Positions 51,543 through 64,000 of a DNA stretch of 64,000 nt are shown here, one piece after another. This DNA comes from Eledone cirrhosa. Lineage: Eukaryota. Below the pieces are notes generated by a model. That model did not search any database and was not told where the DNA came from. It worked only from the letters and a program-made list of their open reading frames with translations. Each line of letters begins with the position of its first letter. Within the stretch, counting starts at the first letter, position 1. The position numbers and the translations under genes are program-made. The stretch is taken from the NCBI GenBank assembly GCA_964016885.1, contig OZ024740.1:249922001-249986000 (forward strand), given 5' to 3'.

Positions 51543-51866
51543 TGTATGTATATATATATGTATGTATGTATATATATATGTATGTATGTATATATATATG
51601 TATGTATGTATATATATATATATATGTATGTATATATATATGTATGTATGTATATATATATGTATGTATATATATATGTATGTATATATATATATGTATG
51701 TATATATATATATATGTATGTATATATATATGTATGTATGTATGTATATATGTATGTATGTATGTATATATATGTATGTATGTATGTATATATATGTATG
51801 TATGTATATATATATGTATGTATGTATGTATATATATATGTATGTATGTATATATATATATGTATG

Positions 51867-51897
<31 letters not shown>

Positions 51898-51966
51898 ATA
51901 TATATGTATGTATGTATGTATATATATATATGTATGTATGTATGTATATATATGTATGTATGTATG

Positions 51967-51999
<33 letters not shown>

Positions 52000-52005
52000 A
52001 TATAT

Positions 52006-52263
52006 TGTTATACTTTGGGAGGGTCATGTTGCCAATAAGAAACACACGCACCAGTTGCTTTCACTTCAATTTAATTTATTAAATATTTATAAATTTACAA
52101 ATTTATAAATTTCTGGTTGGTTGGTTGGTTCCACAACCAGATAGTTGTTTATATATATATAGTCATAGTTCTTTCGTCACACACTCTGTGACCTCTTCAG
52201 TGACTGGGGATTTCTTTCTTCGTTTCTGTGCCTTTCCTTTCTTCTATCCTACGCCATTTTACA
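52006..52263 (-). mobile_element. Candidate solo LTR (258 bp) containing a hammerhead-like motif
   Basis: The minus strand runs TGTAAAAT...TATATAAA...AATAAA...TATAACA, giving TG..CA ends with TATA box and polyA signal in LTR order. No clean TSD. Confidence 0.55.
52161..52205 (-). ncRNA. Minimal type I hammerhead-like motif
   Basis: agtca-CTGAAGA-g gtcaca gagtg tgtgac-GAAA gaac TA-tgact: 5-bp stem I, 6-bp stem II, 2-bp stem III. Confidence 0.6.
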
Positions 52264-52277
52264 AACAAAATGGCGTA

Positions 52278-53078
52278 GGAAACAGCAGTTGGAAGCAAGA
52301 GGACTGAGAGTGAATCTAGCTAAGACAAAAGTGTTGATGAGTAGAAAAGAGGACAAAACCCTGATTCCGTCAGGGAAATGGCCATGTTCGATATACAGAA
52401 AAGGAACTGGCATAAATTATATAAAATGCACACAATGCAGATCCTGGGAACACAGGAGATGTAGCGGGATAGCAGGTAAACTAACAGGTAGGGAGAAATA
52501 TGTATGCAGTAGATGTACAGGGAAATTAGACAGTAGAAGTCGCATTGATAGACACATTTTTCAAATGCAGGAGGGCGCTATAGAAGTGGTGGATAGCTTC
52601 CGGTACCTAGGAGATCAGATTAGCATGGGAGGAGGGTGTTCCGAGGTCATAGTATCTAGAATAAGGACGGGTTGGAAGAAGTTTAGGGAGCTGCTTCTTC
52701 TGTTGACGAAGAAGGGTTTCTCCCTGCGTATGAAAGGCCGGTTGTATGATGCCTGTGTGAGGAGCGCGATGCTGCATGGTAGTGAGACATGGGCAGCAAC
52801 TGCAGAGGATATGCGACGGCTGGAGAGAAATGAGGCAAGCATGCTCCGTTGGATGTGCAGTGTAAATGTGCGTGAACGACCCAGCATAAATGTGTTGAGA
52901 GAGAAACTGTGTCTGAGAGGGATAGAATGTAGTGTACGGGAGAGGAGACTGACGTGGTATGGACATGTGATGCGCATGGAGGATGACCGTTGGGTGAAGA
53001 AGTGCCAGGAATTGCCAGTTGAAGGAAGACGTGGTAGAGGTAGACCACAAAAAACATGGGCGGAGGTGGTGAGAACAC
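52278..53078 (+). mobile_element. RTE subfamily B fragment truncated at both ends
   Basis: EARGLRVNLAKTKVL...PQKTWAEVVRT, highly similar to 26970-27760. Confidence 0.92.
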
Positions 53079-53125
53079 AGTCTTTTAAATTATTTAGAAG
53101 TGAAGCTTATCAATTGTCTCTGGAT

Positions 53126-53190
53126 GTTTACTGAGGAGAGCAGTGGCATGATATTCCTACACTTATATCCATCTCGAAACATGTTTGGAT
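53126..53190 (+). ncRNA. Type I hammerhead-like motif
   Basis: CTGAGGA-gag..tgg...cca.ctc-GAAAC at GTT with palindromic aacatgtt; stem I (gttta/tggat) relies on G-U pairs. Confidence 0.5.
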
Positions 53191-53504
53191 TTTGAGGTTT
53201 AAACTTATCTACTGAACAGGTTTGACTTTGAAATTTAAATATGTATAAACATCATAGCCATTTGGCAGCATAGCTAGTTTTTTGTCGATTTATTATTATT
53301 ATTATTTTAAATCGATGTGGACGAACTGTGTAAAATAATTAATATTCTTCAGTCTGGCTAACTTTCTTTTGCAATATAAATACAGATATGTTGGTATCTG
53401 TTTCATCATATATATTACTCATATATATTACTTTTATACACGGCTCAGGAATATTTCCTTTCGAGCTAATTCCATTGTAAAAGAATTCCTTACACTTAAT
53501 ATAT

Positions 53505-53538
<34 letters not shown>

Positions 53539-53562
53539 ATGTATTATATATATATATGTAAT

Positions 53563-53594
<32 letters not shown>

Positions 53595-53642
53595 GTATGT
53601 ATATATATATATATATGTATATATATATAATATATATATATG

Positions 53643-53715
<73 letters not shown>

Positions 53716-53741
53716 TATATATATGTATAAATATATATATG

Positions 53742-53838
<97 letters not shown>

Positions 53839-53843
53839 GTATG

Positions 53844-53878
<35 letters not shown>

Positions 53879-53978
53879 GTATATACATATATATATATAT
53901 GTATATATATATGTATATATATGTATATATATATTTGTATATATATATGTGTATATATATATATATATTTGTATATAT

Positions 53979-54010
<32 letters not shown>

Positions 54011-54286
54011 GTATATGTATATACAATATATATATATATGTATATACATACTGCGTATATATATATATATGTATATACATATATCTATATATATATATAT
54101 ATATGTATATACATACTGCGGCCTCGATATAAATACCCCCTCCGCCTCCGTGGTATTTTCTTCGAGGTTATAAGAGGCTTAGCTCTGTTTCTCGACCGTT
54201 ATATCGCGTGACTATCTCCCCCTCCGCCTTTTGGGATTCTTTCTCACGTCGTGTAGACGCGTTCTTGAGACTAGTAAAATGAGGTA

Positions 54287-54376
54287 TCCTCTTGATAAGT
54301 CGGCAGACCTCGCAGGGACTCTATATCTTTATGATATATTGTTTTTGTTTATGCCACGAAACTACGTAGTCGAGGA
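54287..54376 (+). ncRNA. Type I hammerhead ribozyme, U3-A8 core variant
   Basis: tcctc-TTGATAA-gtcggc...gccac-GAAAC tacgta GTC-gagga: 5-bp stem I, palindromic stem III actacgtagt, canonical GUC site. Confidence 0.75.
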
Positions 54377-54609
54377 ATTTAGGGGCAGTTTAGGTATGAT
54401 ACATTTTATTACTAATTATATCTAAATGTTTCTTCTCTCTTCATAATGTATTTCTAACTCTGATACTGGTTCAGTCTAGTTCAACTGAATTGGTCTGTCC
54501 CAGTCATTCATTGAGCAACATCGGTGAAGTTGGCACCCTTAACTCGCAGTTGGGTGCGGATGCATTCATGTATATATGTGTGTGTCCGCATGTATCTGTG
54601 TGTTTCTAA

Positions 54610-54683
<74 letters not shown>

Positions 54684-54710
54684 GTATATATATATATGTA
54701 TATATATATG

Positions 54711-54743
<33 letters not shown>

Positions 54744-54800
54744 GTATATATATATATGTATATATATATGTATATATATATATATATGTATATATATATG

Positions 54801-54831
<31 letters not shown>

Positions 54832-54985
54832 GTATATATATATGTATATATACATATATATATATACATACTATAAAATTTAGCCACGTCACTCCAGGGC
54901 GACCGGCTGAGGTTGAAGGAACAGAATAGCGGTCGCCCTCGGGTCTCGATTTTCAGCCCCATGGATTTTACCTATTACATTCACG

Positions 54986-55060
54986 TATTATATTTCGAAT
55001 ACCTGATGATATCACCGGATTCATACGGAACCCGGTCATTGAAATGATCATAGTATAATA
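54986..55060 (+). ncRNA. Type I hammerhead ribozyme
   Basis: atac-CTGATGA-tatc accgg attc atacg gaac ccggt catt-GAAA tgatca TA-gtat; palindromic atgatcat; AUA site; about 50 nt before the (TA)n array. Confidence 0.7.
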
Positions 55061-55104
55061 AACCTTTCAAGGATTTACACAAATCCAGCCTCCTGTCATT
55101 TCAT

Positions 55105-55146
55105 TATAATATATGTATATATATATTATATATGTATATATATATG

Positions 55147-55179
<33 letters not shown>

Positions 55180-55192
55180 GTATATATATATC

Positions 55193-55225
<33 letters not shown>

Positions 55226-55304
55226 GTATATATATATATGTATATATATATGTATATTATATATATATATATGTATATATATATATGTATATATTATATA
55301 TATG

Positions 55305-55337
<33 letters not shown>

Positions 55338-55665
55338 GTATATATATATGTATATATATATTATATATATGTATATATATATATATGTATATATATGTAT
55401 ATATATATGTATAAATATATATTATATGTATAATATGTATATATGTATATATATATGTATATATATGTATATATATGTATATATATATGTATATATATAT
55501 ATGTATATATGTATATATATATATATGTATATATGTATATGTATATATATGTGTATATAATGATATATATATGTATATATATGTATATATATGTATATGT
55601 ATATATGTATATATGATATATGTATATAGATATATATGTATGTATATATATATGTATATATGTAT

Positions 55666-55696
<31 letters not shown>

Positions 55697-56314
55697 TATA
55701 TATGTATATATGTATATGTATGTTGTATATATATATGTATATATATATGTATGTATATATATAGTATCTATATATTATTATATATGTATGCTATATATAT
55801 ATGTATATATGTATGTATATGTATGTATATATATATGTATGTATGTATATATATATATATATATATATGTATGAATGTATATATATGTATGTATATATAT
55901 ATATATATGTTATGTATGTATGTATATATGTAGTATATATATTATATATATAGTATATGTATGTATGTATATATGTATTATTGTATATATGTATATATTA
56001 TATGTATATATGATATATATGTATGTATATATAGTATATATGTATATATGTATGTATGTATGTATATATATATATATATATATATATCTATATATATATA
56101 TGTATATAATATAATACTATATATATTATATACTATGTATATTATCACTCATACTGTATATAATCACTATCATACACTACTATGACTACTCTATACTCAC
56201 TATATAATACTCACAGCTCACTATATACTCATACTCTGCTACTATACATATATATATATTATATATATATAATATATATATGTATATCTATATATATATG
56301 TACTTGTATATATG

Positions 56315-56367
<53 letters not shown>

Positions 56368-56790
56368 CTATATATATATAATGTACTTATAATATATATA
56401 TATATATATATAGTATATGTATATATGTATATATGTATGTATATATATATATATGTATATATGTATGTATATATATAATATAATATGTATATATATATAT
56501 GTAATATATATATATGTATTATACTACTACACTACACTATATCACTACTCTGTCTACTCACTGTATATATGTATGTATATATAATATCTATGTAAGTAAT
56601 CTATATATAATATATATATATATATATGTATGTATGTATATATGTATATATATATGTATATATATGTATGTATATATATGTATATATGTATGTATGTATA
56701 TAGTATAAATATATACTGTAATATATGTATGTATGTATATATGTATAATATATATATATAAAATATGAATATATACTATATACTACTATC
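55105..56790. repeat. Degenerate (TA)n/(TATG)n array
   Basis: Seen directly; increasingly noisy towards 56100-56790. Confidence 0.9.
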
Positions 56791-56794
56791 CATC

Positions 56795-59025
56795 CATCAT
56801 CATCATCATATACCGTCCGCATTTCCCTGCTTGCAAGGGTGGGACGGGTCTTCTTCAGCCCAGCCATGTCTCCACTCGTCACGGTCCCTCATCATCTCCA
56901 CCGTGAGCTTCAATGATCTGAGGTCTGTTCTCACCACCTCCGCCCATGTTTTTCGTGGTCTACCTCTACCACGTCTTCCTTCAACTGGCATTTCCCTGGC
57001 ACTTCTTCACCCATCGGTCATCCTCCATGTGCATCACATGACCATACCACCTCAGTCTCCTCTCCGTACACTACATTCTATCCCTCTCAGACACAGTTTC
57101 TCTCTCAACACATTTATGCTGGGTCGTTCACGCACATTTACACTGGACATCCAACGGAGCATGCTTGCCTCATTTCTCTCCAGCCGTCGCATATCCTCTG
57201 CGGTTGCTGCCCATGTCTCACTACCATGCAGCATCGCGCTCCTCACACAGGCATCATACAACCGGCCTTTCGTACGCAGGAGAAAACCCTTCTTCGTCAA
57301 CAGAGGAAGCAGCTCCCTAAACTTCTTCCAACCCGTCCTTATTCTAGATACTATGGCCTCGGAACACCCTCCTCCCATGCTAATCTGATCTCCTAGGTAC
57401 CGGAAGCTATCCACCACTTCTATAGCGCCCTCTCGCATTTGAAAAATGTGTCTATCAGTGCGACTTCTACTGTCTAATTTCCCTGTACATCTACTGCATA
57501 CATATTTCTCCCTACCTGTTAGTTTGCCTGCTATCTCGCTACATCTCTTGTGTACCCAGGACCTGCATTGTGCGCATTTTATAGAATTTATGCCAGTTCC
57601 TTTTCTGCATATCGAACATGGCCATTTCCCTGACGGAATCAGAGATTTGTCCTCTTTTCTACTCATCAACACTTTTGTCTTAGCTAGATTTACTCTCAGT
57701 CCTCTTGCTTCCAACTGCTGTTTCCATAGCCGGAATTTATTCTCTAGCTCCTCTACTGATTCTGCTATAAGAACCAGATCGTCAGCATAGAGAAGTTCCC
57801 ATGGACAGCCAGTCTTAAACTCCTCTGTTACGGCTTGGAGGACTATAATGAACAAGAGCGGGCTGAGGACCGAACCCTGATGTACTCCTACTTGTATCTG
57901 GAATTCCTCACTAAACTCCATTCCTACCCTGACTTTACTGAGAGTACCTCTGTACAAAGTTTGCACTGTCCCTCACAAGCCATTCCTCAACACCTAGCTT
58001 CCTTAGGGACCACCAGATGACAGATCGGGGTACCCTATCAAAGGCCTTCTCTAGGTCAACAAAGGCTAGGTATAGTGGTTTATTCTTCTCTAAGAACCTC
58101 TCTTGCATTTGTCTCACCAAGAAGAGGGCATCTGTTGTACTCTTCCCAGGCACAAAACCAAACTGCATCTCATCTAGTTTGACCCTTTCTCTAATTAGTT
58201 GTGCTAAAATCCTTTCTGCCACTTTCGTAACCTGATCTATCAGTTTTATACCCCTATAATTGCTCCTCTCCAAAGCATCCCCTTTACCTTTGTAGCAATT
58301 TATGAGAATACTGCTGCACCAGTCTTTGGGTATGACACCACCATATATAGCCTGATTGATGATGCGTGCAACCAGTTTAGTGCCTACGTCCCCTGATGCC
58401 TTCAGCATCTCAGCAACTATTCCCGATGGTCCGGCCGCCTTAACCATTTTTCATTTCCCTAATCGCCTCTTGGACCCTATATTCGTCAATCTCAATAGCT
58501 GGTCCCTCTGTCGGATCTACCAAGGGTAATTTCTCTCTCTCCCATTCGTTCTCCACATTCATCAGTCTCTCATAATGACATTTCCAGGCCTCCTTTTTCT
58601 GGTCATTTGTGACACTAAGTACACCGGCATCATCCCGGACACATTTATCTCCAACAACATCCTGATTTGCATTGACACACTGCCTTGCAATGTGGAACAC
58701 CGCACGCCTCTGATCTTCCCGTCGCAGAACATTGGCAAACCTCCTACTCTCTGCCTCCCTGCGTACTAAGTACACCTGACGTCTAGCTTCTCTCTTAGTG
58801 GCTGTATATTCTTCCCTACTCCCACCCTTTTTGCAAGCCTTCCATGCTAGTCTTTTGTCTCGAATAGCCTTATCTACTGTGCTGTTCCACCACCAGGTCA
58901 CTCTCTGTCTGGTTGGAGCTCTGCTCCAGCCACAGGTTTCATCAGTAGCCTGCAGCAAGTTGTCACGTAAGAACTTCCAGTTATTATCTATGTCATACGT
59001 CTCTAAATTGTCTTCTTTTTCGTCA
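56795..59025 (-). mobile_element. RTE subfamily B, 5'-truncated, with a few frameshifts
   Basis: ORFs 58440-59025, 57935-58447, 57052-57966 and 56806-56991 join into linker-RT-PHD finger-C-terminus; (GAT)n tail at about 56795. Confidence 0.94.
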
Positions 59026-59033
59026 ATATATAC

Positions 59034-59071
<38 letters not shown>

Positions 59072-59072
59072 G

Positions 59073-59155
<83 letters not shown>

Positions 59156-59171
59156 TATATATATATGTATA

Positions 59172-59222
<51 letters not shown>

Positions 59223-59261
59223 TATATATGTATATATATATATATGTATTATATATATATG

Positions 59262-59375
<114 letters not shown>

Positions 59376-59559
59376 TAATCATATATATACTTATACGTCG
59401 TGTTCCACGATATGGGTTTGGAGTCCCACTGGGCAAGAGTGATGTCTTGCCGATAGGACTGTCTGGCAGGTTTTCTACAGTTGGATGCCCTTCTAGCACC
59501 ATACAGTGTAGGTTTACTATATATTTAGGTAAGTCGGGCTTCTCTGTTCTAGTACCCAG

Positions 59560-59759
59560 NNNNNNNNNNNNNNNNNNNNNNNNNNNNNNNNNNNNNNNNN
59601 NNNNNNNNNNNNNNNNNNNNNNNNNNNNNNNNNNNNNNNNNNNNNNNNNNNNNNNNNNNNNNNNNNNNNNNNNNNNNNNNNNNNNNNNNNNNNNNNNNNN
59701 NNNNNNNNNNNNNNNNNNNNNNNNNNNNNNNNNNNNNNNNNNNNNNNNNNNNNNNNNNN
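59560..59759. other. Assembly gap (200 N)
   Basis: Run of n characters. Confidence 1.
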
Positions 59760-59824
59760 TATATGTATATATATGTATATATATATGTATATGTATATAT
59801 ATATATATGTATGTATATATGTAT

Positions 59825-60858
59825 ATCATCATCAACGTTTAACGTCCGTGTTCCACGCTTGCATGGGTTTGGACGGGGGTAGTCCCACTTGAGGCAAGAG
59901 TGATTGTCTTGCTCGCATAGGACTGTCTGGCAGGTTTTCTACAGTTGGATGCCCTTCCTAACACCAACCACATTTACAGTGTGGGTCTGGGAGGTTTTTA
60001 CCGTGTTGCCTACACGGCCACATTACAGCGTGGACTGTGTGTTTTTTTGTCGTGACACCTACACGATCTCATTTGTTTCGGCCTGGATGGCGCGGCACCA
60101 ACATAACTTTACATAGAACGGGGTGGGGGTGGTGGGACGGGGTGTATTTTGTTAGAGATGCCTACTGGCTGGAGTAGGTTTTACTATATATTTAGGTAAG
60201 GCGGGTCTTCTCTGTTACTGAGTACCGCCAAAGGTCTCGGTCCAGTGACATTGTCTTGGAGAGGTGTAAGTGTGTGATGTCGGAGTTTATCAGCTCGTCC
60301 CAGGTTTTTCTTGGTCTGCCTATTCCGTGACTACCGTCTATCTTTATTGCCCTGCACTTTGTTATACAGCTATCGACTTTCATGCGCATCACGTGTCCAT
60401 ACCAACGTAGCCTTCTCTCGAGTAAACAACATCTGATCCCTCTTATCTCTAATTTTTTCCTTAGTTCGTTTATGCTTTGCCGTTCACGTATATTACTGTT
60501 ACACATCCAGCGGAGCATGCAAGCTTCGTTCCTCTCTAGTCTGCGTATATCCTCTGCACACAATGCCCAGGTCTCACTGCCATGCAGCATTGCTGTTCGT
60601 ATGCAGGCATCGTACAACCTGCCTTTCATTTTTAGAGAGAACCCTTTAGCAGCTAATAGTGGTATAAGCTCTCTGAACTTTTTCCAACCAGTTCTGACTC
60701 TAGCTACAGTACTTTCAGAGCACCCTCCCCCACTGCTGATTTTATCGCCCAGGTAACGGAAGCTGTCCACTATTTCTATAGAACCCTCTGCGCAATTGAA
60801 AGAGCTAGTATTTTGTGGGCACTTGCTGCTACTTATTGCACCAGAACACCGGCCACAT
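59825..60858 (-). mobile_element. RTE subfamily A 3' fragment
   Basis: Nearly identical to 10063-11118, including the 3' UTR. Confidence 0.95.

Positions 60859-64000
<3,142 letters not shown>

Noticed and set aside
53260-53358. Minus-strand CTGAAGA as a further hammerhead
   Set aside because: There is no properly placed GAAA and no convincing stems I and III.
56100-56790. Unusual TAC/CAC-containing variant repeat
   Set aside because: It looks like noisy consensus in a microsatellite, and biology cannot be separated from sequencing error here.
59396-59559. Condensed, deletion-riddled version of the RTE-A 3' UTR
   Set aside because: It abuts the N gap and duplicates 59843-60220 with many dropouts, so it is most likely a low-quality contig end.

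Overview
AT-rich eukaryotic (animal) genomic DNA. The huge (TA)n/(TATG)n arrays and the RTE/SINE repertoire resemble an octopus-type cephalopod genome, which is inferred and not proven. The left third holds the first two coding exons of a minus-strand gene resembling nucleoporin NDC1 (19949-19902 and 8192-8090). Its introns are filled with mariner/maT relics, RTE LINEs, SINEs and MITEs, and a candidate divergent gene starts about 300 bp upstream on the + strand. The right two thirds is a nest of retroelements set in microsatellite arrays: at least three RTE subfamilies with a PHD-type finger inside the RT, a CR1-like LINE, R4/Dong-like 3' ends, a candidate solo LTR, and two Penelope-like (Naiad-like) GIY-YIG elements. 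One of the latter has a ~0.95 kb inverted terminal copy and a perfect 83-bp hairpin junction. The most striking unannotated signal is eight or nine type I hammerhead ribozyme motifs of several unrelated sequence families, found by eye. They include a compensatory U3-A8 core variant, one with a ~115-nt stem II, and one inside an LTR-like element. Almost all long Y/I/C/M/V/H/T ORFs in the track are microsatellite artefacts. A 200-N assembly gap lies at 59560-59759. Repeat boundaries are approximate unless a TSD or TIR is quoted.
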